Assembly: GCA_951406725.2 (NCBI GenBank)
Contig: OX597825.1
Span: forward strand, 56,978,001-57,042,000
Length of the DNA: 64,000 nt
Reading direction: 5' to 3'
DNA from: Octopus vulgaris
Lineage: Eukaryota
Positions 30,240 through 44,325 of the stretch are shown here, piece after piece. The notes under the pieces were generated by a model. It was given only the letters and a program-made list of their open reading frames with translations, did not search any database and was not told the DNA's origin. The first letter of the stretch is position 1; every line of letters begins with the position of its first letter. A program made the position numbers and the translations under genes.

Positions 30240-31787
30240 CACACATCCAGAACCATGCTAATAGTTTAGGTGTGAAATTTCAGATTTCTTGGATTTTTGT
30301 GAATCAATTATGATAAAAAATTTTCACAGCTGCTTTGAACACTATGGCAACACTATTGTTATGTTTTCATAATTCTGTGTAACGTCCTTTCTTTTTTATT
30401 TCAGGTTCTTCAGTTTTGGGGTGAACCATGCTAATAGCTTTTGAATGAAAATAGTCCATCTAGACATTTTTCTTTAGAAAGTGAAGGGTAATGATACATA
30501 TTAAGCACGCATTGAGTATATATTCAACAGAAAACCATAATAATATAATAATATTTATTGATGTAACAAATTATTTAGCCACATGAGTGCCAAGGAAGAA
30601 ACGATCCAGTTGTGGGACCTACAAGATTGTGACAGCTAAGGATTTAAGAAATATTGGCCACAAGTTACATGGGAAACCTGGACAAACAAGCAAAACCATT
30701 TTCATCACCTCCAGACTTCCTCATGTACCAAAACCACCAGAAATCACATCCTCGAGACTATGGCTTCCATGTGAGAATCCCTGAAACTGCCTTCTTTAAC
30801 ACCCTGTCACAGGAGCTTGAGGCTTCAATGGGTCCAAAAGTACATGACATAAGACTTGAGTTGTGTTCTATTTACTGACAAAACCAGGGTGACCTTTGAC
30901 AGTTCTGACAGTTGGGCAAATAGTTGGGTTTATTTTGGAGTTGAGCTTCACCAACATTTACAATGTCAACAACAGGGTGGAGGAGTCATGTTGAGGGCTA
31001 GTATCATTGGGGACAGACTTGTTGGCCCAGTCAGGGTGCCTGAAGAGGTTAAAGTGACCACAGCCACCTACTGCAATCTCCAGAAGGAAGTCTTGGATCC
31101 CTGGCTAATGACATACCACTGTCACTTCTAAGGAATCTCATATTCATGCATGACAACACTCCCTCCCACTCTCCTAGGACCACCAAAACATTACTAGGGT
31201 CTTATGGCATACAAGGTGAAAGGTTGATGGTGTGACTGCTAGCATCCCAAGATCTCAACCCTATCGAAAATCTTTGGTCCATCTTTAAACAAGATGTTTA
31301 TGCCGATGGATGTCAATTTATGTCGAAAGATGTCTTATGGGTGACCATCAAAGCTGCAGCAGAGGCAGTCCAATCTGCTACTATTAAGAAATTGACAGAT
31401 TCCATGACTAATATGGTTTTTGAAGTTACCCATTAAAATGGCACTCATGTGGCTAAATAATTCATTATGTCAATAAATGTAATAATATTGTTATCAGTTT
31501 TCTGTTAAATATACACTCAAAGTATTCTTAATATGTATCATTACCCTTCATTTTCTAAAAAAATGTCAAGCTGGGCTATTTTCATTCAAAAGCTTTTACC
31601 TTGGTTCACTTAAAAACAGAAGAATCTGAAATAAAAAAGAAAGGACATTACACAGAATAATGCAAACATAACATTGTTGTTGCCATAGTGTGCAAACCAG
31701 GTGGGAAAAGTTTTACCAAAATCGATTAACAAAAAAATGAGAAATCTTAAATTTCACTCCTAAGCTATTAGCATGGTTCTGGGTGTG
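30240..31787 (+). mobile_element. Decayed Tc1-like transposon with long (about 340 bp) inverted repeats
   Basis: IRs at about 30240-30585 and 31445-31787; transposase remnants VLFTD, FMHDNTPSH and QDLNPIENLW, with stops and frameshifts. Confidence 0.9.
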
Positions 31788-31848
31788 TATGGTGGTGCTC
31801 CAGCACGGCCACAGTCAAATGATTGAAACAAGTAAAAGAATATATATA

Positions 31849-32289
31849 CAGGGGTTGGACAAAATAATTGAAACACCTTAAAACCTCAAGCAAATTTATT
31901 TTAATATGGGGTAGGACTGCCTTTGGCAGTAATTACAGCTTGAATTCTATGAGGTATGGACTTATACAAAGTTTGAATTGTTTCCAAAGAAATGTTTGTC
32001 CATTCTTCAGCTAAAACATTTTGGCTGTTTTCATTATCCTAGCACCTGCCATATGAGCACCAACAATTTGACCTCTTTGAAAGTCTGATAGATCTGACAA
32101 TTTAATGAATTTTAATTACTTTTTTCTGATGATATCTGAAAAGAAACAGCAATTTTAGCATGACACATTAAGCAACACTAATAATAAATCAAAAAACATA
32201 AAAATAAACAAGCTTTTGACAGTTTTATAGATATTTCAAAATTATGATGCTATGATGCTAGGTGTTTACATTATTTTGTCCAACCCCTG
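31849..32289. mobile_element. Tc1-type MITE
   Basis: TIRs CAGGGGTTGGACAAAATAAT.. / ..ATTATTTTGTCCAACCCCTG with TA on both sides. Confidence 0.9.
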
Positions 32290-34394
32290 TATGTATACTC
32301 TTTTACTCTTTTACTTGTTTCAGTCATTCGACTGTGGCCTCGCTGGAAATGCACACCACAATCATCATCATCTTCATTTGAACATACACTTTTTCATGCT
32401 TGCATAGGCTGGGTGGAGTTTATTGAAACAGATTTTCTATGACTGGTGAACTTCCTTTGAGAAAGTGGGAAAAAAAAGAAATAAAGGTGGTAAGCTGGCA
32501 GAAACATTAGCACGTTGGGCGAAATGCTTAGCAGTATTTCGCCTGCCATTACATTCTGAGTTCAAATTCCGCCGGGGTTGACTTTGCCTTCGATGTAATT
32601 GGCTTAATCCCTTTGTCCTTGTTTGTGAGTGTGTGTGCACATATGTATGAGTGTGCATATGCATGTATCTGTGTATAGACATAGGCCTACAAAAATGAAG
32701 AATGACGGTGCATTCTCCATATTTCACAATGAGTTTTCTGGCTCTTTGATCAACTAAACTATTTTCATATAAGAGTATAAGTGGCTGAGTATTCCAGGAA
32801 CATGGATACTTATAACATAATCCTCCTCAGACTCAGATGCAGTATGACAGAGTGTAAAACTATGTAATGGGAAGAGGCAAGATGAATGAAACAAAAATAC
32901 CAGGATGGAGGTGAAACAAGCCAAGCCAGCTCCAAGGAGGATAGGTTATTACTGGAGTGGAAAAGACATAGACAGATAACAGTTAGTATTGGTAGATAGA
33001 CTAGTTAGTATTTGTAGTTATGGTAGATATTATAGTAATATGTATTGAATACTATACAGTAGTCAGTATTATTAGTTATAGTAGTTAGTACTGGTGGTTA
33101 TAGTTATTAGTTTTGATGCCTGTTGTAGTACTGGTGGTCAAAGCCATTAGTAGTGGTGCTATAGTAATTTATACTGATGGTAATAGTAGTTACAATTGGT
33201 TGATGTATTGTAGTTAGTATTAGTGAGAACAGTAGTTAGTATTGCTGGTAATGGCTACAGTAGTTAAAATTATTAGTTATAGTAGTTAGTATTAATGGTT
33301 ATAGTAGACAGTATTAGAGATGGTTATAGTAGTTAGTATTCCTGACTATATCAGTCTTGGTGACAAGAGAAGTTAGGATTGGTGGCTATTGTAGTTAATA
33401 TTGGCAGCTATAGTAGTCAGTAATGGTTACTACAGTAGTTAATATTGGTGGTTATAGTAGTTAGCATTGGTGGTTATACTAGTTAGTACTGCTGGCTATT
33501 ATAGTTAGCATTGGTAGTTACAGCAATTGGTATTGGTAATTACGGTGATTAGTCATTAGATATTATAGTGATTAGTATAGGTGGTTATAGTAATTAATTA
33601 GTATTGGTTATAATAGTTATCATTAGTTGTTAGTTGCAGTAACTATAATGGTTAGTATTAGAGGCTATAGTAGCTAGTATTGCTGGTTATGGTAGTTAGT
33701 ATTGGTTGGTATTATTATAGTTAGTATTGGTTGGTATTATTATAGTTAGTATTATTGGCTATAGTGGTTAGTATCAATGGTTATCGTTGTTAGTATTAGT
33801 GGTTATTGTAGTTAATATAGGTAGTTGCAGTGGTTACAAGTGGTAGTTGCATTAGTATTGACGGTTATAGCAGTTAGTATGTGATGACTATAGTAGCTAC
33901 TGTTAGTAGCTGTAGTAGTTAGTATTGGTAGTTATAATAGTAATTATAGTATCAGTATTAGTGGTTATTTTAGTTAGTATTGGTGACTAAAGAAGTTTAG
34001 TATTAGTGGCTGTAGTAGTAAGTATTGGTGGTTATAATAGTTAATATTGGTCGTTATAGCTGTTATTATCAATAGTGAGTTAGTATTAGTGGTTATGGTT
34101 GTTACTATTACTGTAGTCAGTAATATTGGTGATTAAAGTAGATAGTGTTTGTGGTTATAGAAGTTAGTATTAATAGTAGTTATAGTAATTTATACTCATG
34201 GTTGTATTAGAATGAGTGGTTAATGTAGTTAATATTGGTAGTTGAAGTAGTTAGCATTAATGGTTAGTATTAATGGTTGGAGTAGTCGACTTTGATGTTT
34301 ATAGTAATTTGTTTTGGTGTTTGTAATAGTTACTGTTGGTTGCTGTATCAGTCGGTTAGTATTGTTGGTTATAGTAATTATTATTAATATTCTA

Positions 34395-35959
34395 TGTAAG
34401 CTATGGACATGTAAGCTATGGACACATAAGAGGTGCAGCAATGTCAAAGGAAGGCTAACTAGGAAGATGGTTTTTGTATGTGGCAGATGCTCAGGAACAA
34501 TAAACACTGAAAATGCTCTGAGACCAACTTCCGTCACTTTCCAGGGAGAAAAACTAAAAGTAGTTGATAGTTTCCGTTACCCAGGTGACCAAGTCAGTAG
34601 TGGGGGCGGGTGTGCTGAAAGTATAACTGCTAGAGTAAGAATAGCCTGGGCAAAGTTTAGAGAGCTCTTACCCCTGCTGGTGACAAAAGGCCTCTCGCTC
34701 AAAGTAAAAGGCAGACTGTATGATGCATGTGTACGTACAGCCATGCTACATGGTAGTGAAACTTGGGCTGTGACTGCTGAGGATTTGCGTAAGCTCGCAA
34801 GAAATGAAGCTAGTATGCTCCGATGGATGTGTAACGTCAGTGTTCATAATCGACAGAGTGTAAGTACCTTGAGAGAAAAGTTGAACCTAAGAAGCATCAG
34901 TTGTTGTGTGCAAGAGAGACGTTTGCGCTGGTATGGTCATGTGATGAGAATGGCTGAAGATAGTTGTGTGCGAAAGTGCCACACCCTGACAGTTGAGGGG
35001 ACCTGTGGAAGAGGTAGACCCAGGAAAACCTGGGTCGAGGTGGTGAAGCACGACCTTCGAACTTTAGGTCTCACCAAGGAAATGACCAGTGACCGAGACC
35101 TTTGGAAGTATGCTGTGCGTGAGAAAACCCGGCAAGACCAGTGAGAACAGTCAAAATCAAAATCAAACCAAATATCAGAAAGCAGAACCAAATTGAGGTC
35201 GATCAACATCAGGGCCCCCGTGCAGGTGACACGTAAAAGCACCATCCGTTCGTGGCCGTTTGCCAGCCCTGTCTGGCCCCCGTGTCGGTGGCACGTAAAA
35301 GCACCATCCGTTCGTGTTTGTTGCCAGCCTGGCCTGGCCCCCGTGCCGGTGACACGTAAAAGCACCATCCGTTCGTGGCCGTTTGCCAGCCCTGTCTGGC
35401 CCCCGTGTCGGTGGCATGTAAAAGCACCATCCGTTCGTGTCCGTTGCCAGCCTCGCCTGACCCCCGTGCCGGTGACACGTAAAAGCACCATCCGTTTTGT
35501 GACCGTTTGCCAGCTCTGTCTGGCCCCCGTGTTGGTGGCACGTAAAAGCACCATCCGTTCGTGTCCGTTGCCAGCCTCGCCTGGCCCCCGTGCCGGTGAC
35601 ACGTAAAAGCACCATCCGTTTCGTGACCGTTTGCCAGCTTTGTCTGGCCCCCATGTTGGTGGTACGTAAAAACACCATCCGTTCGTGCCCGTTGCCAGCC
35701 TTGCCTGGCCCCGTGCCGGTGACACGTAAAAGCACCATCCGTTCGTGGCCATTTGCCAGCTCTGTCTGGCACCTGTGTGGGTGGCACGTAAAAAGCACCC
35801 ACTACACTCACGGAGTGGTTGGCGTTAGGAAGAGCATCCAGCCGTAGAAACACTGCCAGATCTGACTGGGCCTGATGAAGCCTTCCAGCATCACAGACCC
35901 CAGTTGAACCATCCAACCCATGCTAGCATGGAGAACGGACGCTAAATGATGATGATGAT
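34395..35959 (+). mobile_element. 5'-truncated young RTE-clade LINE (RT C-terminus, 3'UTR minisatellite, (GAT)n tail)
   Basis: ORF 34314..35144 with RTAMLHGSETW, RRLRWYGHVMRM and GRGRPRKTW motifs; ends GGACGCTAAAT(GAT)n; inserted in a TAGT-rich satellite. Confidence 0.92.
35213..35800 (+). repeat. About 61-bp minisatellite (about 10 units, alternating A/B) in the RTE 3'UTR
   Basis: Repeated gcccccgtgccggtgacacgtaaaagcaccatccgttcgt...ttgccagc; explains the repetitive ORFs 34937..35916. Confidence 0.9.
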
Positions 35960-38599
35960 TCGTGGCTACTGTAGTTAGTATTTATGGCTATTGTAGTTAG
36001 TATTGGTGTAGTTAGTATTGGTGGTTATAGTAGTTAGTATTGGTGGTTATATTATTATTGCAGGTTACAGTATTTAGTATTAGTATATATTACAGTTGCT
36101 CTGTCTCTGATGCAGAGGAATTACTGAGTTCAACTCCTGCCACAAGTCAGCTTTGTCTTTCATACTTCCCAGGCACATAAAGTAGAATTCCAGTCAGGGC
36201 TGATTTAATCAACTATATCTTTTGAGCATTAGGACTGTCAGAGGTGAGGTCCTTTCAAGCATTGGGCCTCATGGAGGCGAGGTGGCTGAGTTCTTTTTGA
36301 GCAGGCTTTGCTGAGGTGAGGTGGCTGAGTTCCTTTCAAACGGGCCTCATGGAGGTGAGATAGCTGAGTTCCTTTCGAGCATTGGGCCTCATGGAGACAA
36401 AGTGGCTGAGCTCCTTTCGAGCGTTGGGCCTCACGGAGGCAATGACAAAGACCTTTGACTTTACGTCATGCTTGTGAAAAAGACCCAAGCCATGCAAAAT
36501 AGCAGTTGTGACAGATACCGGTGTCATGCAAATGGCACCTGTGCCGGTGGCACATAAAAGCACCCATTACACTCTCAGAGTGGTTGGTGTTAGGAAAGGC
36601 ATCCATGCCAAATTAGACTGGATCATGGCACAGCCTTCCAGCATGCAAGCCCAGTCAAACCATCCAACCCATGCCAGTATAAACAGATGCTAAATGATGA
36701 TGGTGATGATGATCCTCACCTAGAATGTACAACTATAAGCCCTTCTCCAAAACGTGTTGCTCAATACCCTTCTCTTAAAATGTGTTGCTATGTGCTCCTT
36801 CCTAAAGATGTGTAGTTAAGTGACCTTCCACTAAAATATGCTACTCTGTGTTTCACCCTCAAATGTGTGGCTATTTGTCTATGTTTCAAATCAGAATCAT
36901 TCATTATAAGATCAATGAATTGGCAGAATCATTGAAGCATCATCATTGTCATTCAACATCTGTCTTCCATGCTGATATGGGTCAGACGATATGACAGGAG
37001 CTGGCAAACTAGAGAGCAACACCAGGCTCCATTGTCTGCTTTGACTTGGTTTCTATGGCCAGATGCCCTTCCTAATGCTAACTGCTTTACAGAGTGTACT
37101 AGGTGTTTTTTTATGTGGCACCAGCACCAGCAGGGTCACCAAGTAAATTGCAAGACAAATATCCCCTCAGCTGAGAGAGGGAGTGGAACACTGGGAAGTG
37201 ACTTTGTAACAGGTGAAAGGTTAGAGTATAATAGAGGGATAAAGATAGGAGATACTTGGCTACCCCAGTAGGAAAAGAGAGGAAAGTAGGGAGAGTTAGA
37301 GAGAAAGATAGAGAGACAGTTAGAGAGACAAAGAGACAGAGAGAGCAGTTAATCAATCAAGTCATGTTCTTGGATCAAATTCTTCAATGATCAACTTTTC
37401 ATTCCATCATTCTGAGATTAATAAAATAAATACCAGGAGAGAGGAGTCACTTTATAGCCTTCTTCCAATGCCAAATTATTAACTCTTCTCATATAAGCAT
37501 GATTTGCCAAAGTTTACTTGGAAAGGAGATATGGTTCTGTATGATGCCCATATCTTTCCCAAGGGTACATCTAATGCAAATCAAATGAAATTACTCCATT
37601 CCCAGCTTGGAATGGATATTTGTATGCCTGTAGACATGATTTGACAAAACTTGTATAACTAGTCACGTAGGCACAACTGTGGCTGTGTGGTAAGAAGTTT
37701 GATTTCCAATCACATGGTTTCAGATTCAATCTCACTGCATGGCACTGTGGGCAAGTGTCTTCTACAATTTATTGCATTGGGGCCAACCAAAGCCTTGTAA
37801 GTGGACTTGGCAGACGGAAACTGAAAGACTGCTCTGTGTGTGTGTGTGTGTGTGTCTTTGCATCTGGGTTTGTCCCCCACCACTGCTTGACAACCGGTGT
37901 TGGTGTTTACATTCCCATAACTTTGCAGTTCAGCAAAAGAGACCAATAGAATAAGTATCAGGCTTTAGAGAAAAAAAAATATTAGAGCCGATTCATTCAA
38001 CTAAAAATTTCTCAAGGCCATGCCCCAGCATGGCCACAGTCTAAAGAGTGAACCAATTAAAAGATGAGAGTTAACAAATGTTCCCAGCCCTACACCATTT
38101 TCAACAAGTTTACAAATTTAACCAAGTCATTTATTTTTCTCTCTTTTCATATCCATTGCATTGTTTCATGGTCCTTTCATATTTATTGCAAGCATAATGT
38201 CTTCATGAGCATGTTGAGCTTTCTTGTGATTACTTGTCAGGACTTTTATCAGGCCTCTGTCTAATCAGCATAAGAAATAGGTGTAAATTGGTCTTTTTCC
38301 CCTTTAGCATTCAGATCATTCTGTCAAATATAATGCTTATTTATTCACATTCTTTTTCAATTAATCCTGCATTATCTCATAGCTGCCAGATTTCCATGAT
38401 GTGACTCTTTACTAGGAATGATATTGTAGGGTAGGTGTAACAGGCTGGATTTGGCTTGTCTGAACATAAAGGAGGTAGAATAATTAGGTCAGATATGGCC
38501 AGTTTGATTGCTAAAAGGTTAAAGTCTAAGAACATTTTTATTCTTAAAACAGAACTTCTCAAAGCTCCCACCACCTCAAGCCACTAAATCGCATTGACT

Positions 38600-40960
38600 A
38601 ATTGGTTCTAATTTGGATACAAGGCCAACAATTACTGAAGTGAGGAAAGAATTAGTTGATACCATTAGCCCCAATATTCAACTGGTATGTTATTTTATCA
38701 CCCTTGAAAAGATGAAAGGCAAAGTTGACCTTAGCAGTATTTGAACTTAGACCTTAAAGAGTTGAAAACTGTGAGACATTTTGCCTGAAGCTGTAACAAT
38801 TCAGCTGAGCTACCACCCTTAACTCTCTCAATACCAAACCACCCTTGGTCCTCTGATACAAAGTTGTCTGTTTTAAAGGGATCTAAATTAAAACCTTACA
38901 GCAAACTTTCATGTTCGTTAACATTCCAAATATCAGATTAATAATGACAAAGTTATTTTGCTAAATTCTTCCTTACTTTCAAAATCAAAACAAAGGTAGT
39001 GTAATATCAATAGAAATTTAGAAACAGAAAGATTAAAGCATTGAATAATAATGCTTTCTACTATAGGCAGAAGGACTGTAATTTGTGGGGAAGGTGTGAG
39101 TCGGTCACATCAACCCTAGTACTTGACTGGTACTAAATTTATCAACCCTTAAAGGATGAAAAAGTCAACTTGGCGGAATGTAGCAATGGGCAAAATACTT
39201 ATTTCTTTATTGCCCACAAAGGGCTAAAAATAGAGGGGGCAAACAAGAACAGACAAAGGGATTAAGTCAATTACATTGACCCCAGTGCATAACGGGTACT
39301 TATTTAATCGACCCCAAAAGGATGAAAGGCAAAGTCGACCTCAGTGGAATTTGAATTCAGAATGTAACGGCAGACAAAATACCGGTAAGCATTTCACCCG
39401 GCATGCTAATGTTTCTGCCACCTTAAAGCATTGTATAATAACAATCCTTTCTACTATAGGCACAAGGCTTGCAATTTTGGGAGAGGGAGATAGTTAATTA
39501 CATTGACCCAAGTGCTTGTCTGGTACTTATTTCATTGACTTCAGCAGAATTTGAACTCAGAATGTAATGGTGGGCAAAATGCCACTAAGCATTTTATCCA
39601 GCATGCTAACGGTGCTGACAGCTCATTGCCTGGGTAATAGGCACAAGGCATCAGATATGGGGAGGGAGGACAGTTGATTAGATTGACCCAGTATCCAACA
39701 GGTATTTATTTCATCGATCCAGTAAGGAGGAAAAGCAAAGTTGACCTCAACGGAATTTAAACCTAGAATGTAAAGCTGAAAGAAATGCCACGAAGCATTT
39801 TGTCAGGTACAGTAACAATTCTGCCAGGCTGCCACCTTAAATAATAATCATCCTTTCTACTATAGACATCAAGCCTGAAATTTTCAGGGTGGGGGCTAGT
39901 TGATTATATCAACCCTAGAGCTCAAATGGTACTTATTCTATCAACCCTGAAAGGATGAAAGGCAATGACAACCTCAGATAGACAAAATGCCACCAAGCAT
40001 TTTGGCCTGCATGGTAATAATTCTACTGAGCTGACCACCTTTATAATAATCCCTTCTACTGTAGACATGAGGCCTGAAATTTTGTCAGAGTGGGTAGTTG
40101 ATTTCATCAACCCCAGTGAAGTATGGTACTTATTTTATTGACCCCAGAAGAACAAAAGGCAAAATCAACCACTGCAGAATTTAAATTCAAAACAGACAAA
40201 ATGGTTCCCAGCATTTTTTACTTGGTATATGAACAATTCTGCCTTCCACCACCTTAATAATAGCAAAAATCCTTTCTGCCATATGCACTAAGTCTGAAAT
40301 GTAGTGGGGAGGGGATAGTCAATGACATCAACCCCAGTGCTCAATATGTAATTATTTCATCCACCCTGAAAGGGTGAAAAGCAAAGATGACCTCATCACC
40401 TGAATAAAATGATAATAATAATAATAACGATTTCAAATTTTGGCACAGGGCCAGCAGTTTTTGAAGGGAGAGAGAAGTTGATCATATCAATTGTAGTACT
40501 TATCGACCCCGAAAGGATGAAAGGCAAAGTCAACCTCAACAAAAGTTGAACCAAATACATAAAGATGGATGAAATGCTACAATTCTAACAATTCTACCAG
40601 CTCACCACCTTAATAATAATAATAGGGGGAGCATCATAGCCATGTGTTGAGAAGGATTCTTTGGGGTTTGAAAAATTCACCTCTGGAAACATGGGTGTTT
40701 CGTTCAACATCCTTAAACAACCCTTATTCAGGGACCTTTTGAGCAAGATGGGTTACTCAACCAGAAAAAAATTCTAACTGGGCCTCACCTGCAAGGTCAT
40801 GTGCTGTTTATCTTGATATGAGATCACCATGTCGCACACATATGGTTGTGATGTATGTGCCTAGTGTACCCTTATCAGACGGGTAGTCATGATGGGTATA
40901 CTGGGCTTTGTATATTTTACCCCAGTGTCATTTTGATGGCATGCACTGCTCTCTCACTCA

Positions 40961-41000
<40 letters not shown>

Positions 41001-41210
41001 GTTTCAAATTTTGGCACAAGGCCAGCAACTTTAGGAGAAAGGGTAAGTCAACATCATCAACCACAGTATTTCACCGATACTTATTTTATTGACTTTGAAA
41101 TAACGAAAGATAAAGCTAACCTCAAACTCAGAAATGTATAGACAGACCAAATGCTACTAAGCATTTTGCAGAGGCGTGCAAACAATTCTACCAGATTGCC
41201 ACCTAAAACA
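38600..41210 (-). mobile_element. Co-oriented cluster of SINE family B (other clusters near 18040-18890, 22190-23160, 43120-44760, 48070-48710)
   Basis: Repeated GAGCTGGCAGAATCGTTAGCA..GAGTTCAAATTCC head and GCCTTTCATCCTTTCGGGGTCGATAAA core, separated by (TTA)n. Confidence 0.85.
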
Positions 41211-41463
41211 ACAACAACACAGCAGCAGCAGCAGCAATGACAGTAGCAGTAGCAACAATAACAACAACTACTACTACTACACCAAAATCACAACTCCTCA
41301 TTAATGGAAGATTGTCTCAATAAAAAAATATTCAGGGCCCCAACAACTGTTCCTCAAATTTAGATTAAACATTTCATTGTACAGGGCTCATATTTTCTTT
41401 TTCTAGAATGTGGATTAAGTTGAATAAAGTCAGACCAAGAGACATTTAAAACTTTCTTAATCA

Positions 41464-41469
41464 TTTATT
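41464..41469 (-). promoter_or_regulatory. Candidate polyadenylation signal AATAAA
   Basis: tttatt on + strand just downstream of the predicted stop codon. Confidence 0.5.
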
Positions 41470-41525
41470 AAAACAAAGTGTACAGACAATCGGTAAAAAT
41501 TTCTTTGAAAGTATCGATTGCATTT

Positions 41526-41570
41526 TCAAACCATTTTTCCTTTAGATTTCTTAAATTTGTTTCTCAGATT
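41526..41570 (-). CDS. Terminal coding exon NLRNKFKKSKGKMV*
   Basis: Strong acceptor gtatttttctttcag|AAT; TGA at 41528-41526; AATAAA about 57 nt downstream. Confidence 0.65.
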   Translation of the reverse strand, partial: NLRNKFKKSKGKMV

Positions 41571-41814
41571 CTGAAAGAAAAATACATAAATCTATAAATA
41601 TTTTACCACATCCAAAACAGAAGCAGAAATTGATTTATCAAATTTTTTTTAATTCTATTTTTTTAATGATATTGTTTTACACACAAACATATATACATTA
41701 CACATATGCACATTTCACAAATAAAAATATAACATCATCAGTTTGCATATACCTTTCTGTGGTAGCACAGAAAGACACACACATATGCACAAAAAAATTC
41801 AGACATACATACAT

Positions 41815-42666
41815 ATATGTGCATACTCAGCAGAATGTAAGTACCTTGTGAGAAAAGTTGGACCTAAGAAGCATCAGATGTAGTGTGCAAGAGAGACGAC
41901 TGCGTTGGTATGGTCATGTGGCAAGAATGGATAAAGATAGCTGTGTGAAAAAGTGCCACACCCTAGCGGTTGAGGGAACCTGTAGAAGAGGTAGACCCAG
42001 GAAGACCTGGGATGAGGTGGTGAAGCATGACCTTAGAACATTAGGCTTCACCAAGGCAATGACTAGTGACCGAGACTTTTGGAAATATGCAGTACATGAG
42101 AAGACCTGGTAAACCAAGTGAGACCATAACCCGTGGCCTATACCAGGGGTGTAAGCAGCCCACTTATGCGTACCTTTCCTTCATTGGACACTAAACTCTG
42201 CTTCCGAAGACCTGTTGAGGTAATCGAAATTGAATCAAATTCAATGACTGGCACCCGTGCCAATGGAGTGCTAAGAGCACCATCTGAGTGTGATCATTGC
42301 CAGAGCAGCTAACTGGCTTCTGTGCCGGTGGCATGTAAAAATGCCAGTGACACGTGAAAAAACATTCGAGTGAGGTCATTGCCAGTGCCGCTGGAGTGGC
42401 TCCTGTGCAGGTGGCACGTAAAAAACACCATTTGATTGTGGTCGTTGCCAGTACTGCCTGACTGGCTCTCGTGCTGGTGGCACGTAAAAGCACCCACTAC
42501 ACTCACGGAGTGGTTGGCGTTAGGAAGGGCATCCAGCTGTAGAAACTCTGCCAAATCATATTGGAGCCTGGTGCAGTCATCTTGTTTGCCAGTCCTCAAT
42601 CAAATTGTCCAACCCATGCTAGCATGAAAAGCGGACGTTAAATGATGATGATGATGATGAAGATGA
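41815..42666 (+). mobile_element. RTE LINE 3' fragment
   Basis: ORF 41858..42112 RRLRWYGHVARM...RGRPRKTW; 3'UTR repeats; (GAT)n tail. Confidence 0.9.
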
Positions 42667-42818
42667 TATATGTAGTGTTTCTACAAAGAAGTTCCCTTAC
42701 TGGTCAATAATGCTACGTAGAAGCTCTCTCACTGGTCAGTGTTGCTACACAGGAGCTGCCTCAGTATTAGTACAAAATAAAAAAGCAAACGGAGAAATTA
42801 CCAATCATAGTACTTTAC

Positions 42819-42969
42819 CTTTTTGCTCTGTTTGAGCAGTTTCTCTGATAATCTTCCTCCAAAAGTACCAGTTGCTATTGGAAACAAGGGAGAAAATAGT
42901 TTAGACTTTAGATGGCTGCCAATACTGCTTGTAAGATCATGAAGAATTTTAAACAGATTTCTACACTGT
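42819..42969 (-). CDS. Coding exon: QCRNLFKILHDLTSSIGSHLKSKLFSPLFPIATGTFGGRLSEKLLKQSKK
   Basis: Acceptor cattattatcag|A and donor AAG|gtaaag (alternative TG|gtaatt at 42802); 151 nt, phase 2 to 0. Confidence 0.7.
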
Positions 42970-43524
42970 CTGATAATAATGAGTGTGATGCAATGAACTA
43001 CTGGAGTCAAAGGAATTTCAACTACTATTCCGCCTGCCACCCAACACCTCAAAACTGCTGACCTTATGCCTAAATCAAAAGCCATTACTATTATTATTAT
43101 TATTATTATTATCATTATTAGAGCAGTGAGCTGGCAAAATCATTAGTGCACCAAGAAAAATGCTTAGCAGCATTTGGTCTGTCTTTACGTTCCAAGTTCA
43201 AATTCCACCAAAGTCGACTTTGCCTTTCAACCTTTCGGGGTCAATGAAATAAGTACCAGTTGAGCAAGCCCCTCCTTCAAACTTGCTGGCCATGTACCAA
43301 AATTTGAAATCATAACTACTACTACTACTGGTAACAAAGAGGCAGAATCATTGAAACATCAGACAAAATGCATTGCAGTGTTTCTTCCAACTCCTTATGC
43401 TTTATGTTCAAATCCTACCGAGGTGAACTTTGCTTTTCAAACCTCCAGGGTCAATAAAATGGTGTCAATGCAATCAACTAATCCCCATCCCTCAAAATTG
43501 CTGGCCTTGTGCCCAATTAGAAAA

Positions 43525-43564
<40 letters not shown>

Positions 43565-43805
43565 GGCAGTAAGCTGGCAGAATTATTAGCATGCCAGAGA
43601 ATGCACTTAACAGCATTCTGTCCATCTTTACCTTTTAAGTTCAAATTCTGCAAAGGTTGACTTTGCCTTTCATCCTTTTGGGGCTGAAAAAATTAGCACC
43701 AGTTGAACACTGGGGTTGATGTAATCAACTAGCCCCTTTCCCCTAATTTCAGGTCTTGTGCCTTTAGTAGAAAGGATTTATTATTATTACTATTATTATT
43801 ATTAT

Positions 43806-44325
43806 TGAGTGAGAGAGCAGTGCAAGCTATCAAAGTGACACTGGGGTAAAATATACAAAGCCCAGTATACCCATCTGATAAGGGTACACCAGGGACATGC
43901 ATCACAACCATACATGCGCGACATGGTGATCTCATATCAAGTTAAACAGCACATGACCTTGCAGGTGGAGCCCAGTTAGAATTTTCTTCTGGTTGAGTAG
44001 CCCATCCTGCTCAAAAGGTCCCTGAATAAAGGTTATTTCAGGATGTTGAACGAATCACCCATGTTTCCAAAGGTGAATTATCCAAACCTCCAAGAATTCC
44101 TCTCAACACACGGCTATGATGCTCACCCCACTACTTCTGCTCGTGATCAGAGATGCGTATATCGTCAGCCACAATGGGACATGCTCAACTGGTTACGGTC
44201 AAACAACTGACAAGCAAATCTGTGGTATTGAGCAGAATATTTGCTGTAGCCCATCTTTTATACCAAGACAAAACAATGTACATGATAACACTTCTAATCA
44301 GAAACCATGAGAGCCACTGCCTGGA
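43806..44325. mobile_element. Unclassified interspersed repeat inserted in (TAA)n (copies near 40625-40960, 46843-47374, 61880-62110)
   Basis: Same sequence recurs four times, in both orientations. Confidence 0.75.

Larger units (their letters stand above)
32980..36090. repeat. Degenerate TAGT/TGGT-rich satellite (about 21-bp unit) interrupted by the RTE; inverted relative near 62900-63100
   Basis: Repeating tagtagttagtattggtggtta-like units. Confidence 0.8.

Noticed and set aside
34937-35916. Long repetitive antisense ORFs; CRISPR-like appearance
   Set aside because: Tandem minisatellite in an RTE 3'UTR; no unique spacers; eukaryotic context
42819-42969. Faint resemblance of HLKSKLFSPLFP to the DDX24 C-terminus
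   Set aside because: Too short and recalled from memory; no helicase motifs in the window, so no gene symbol assigned
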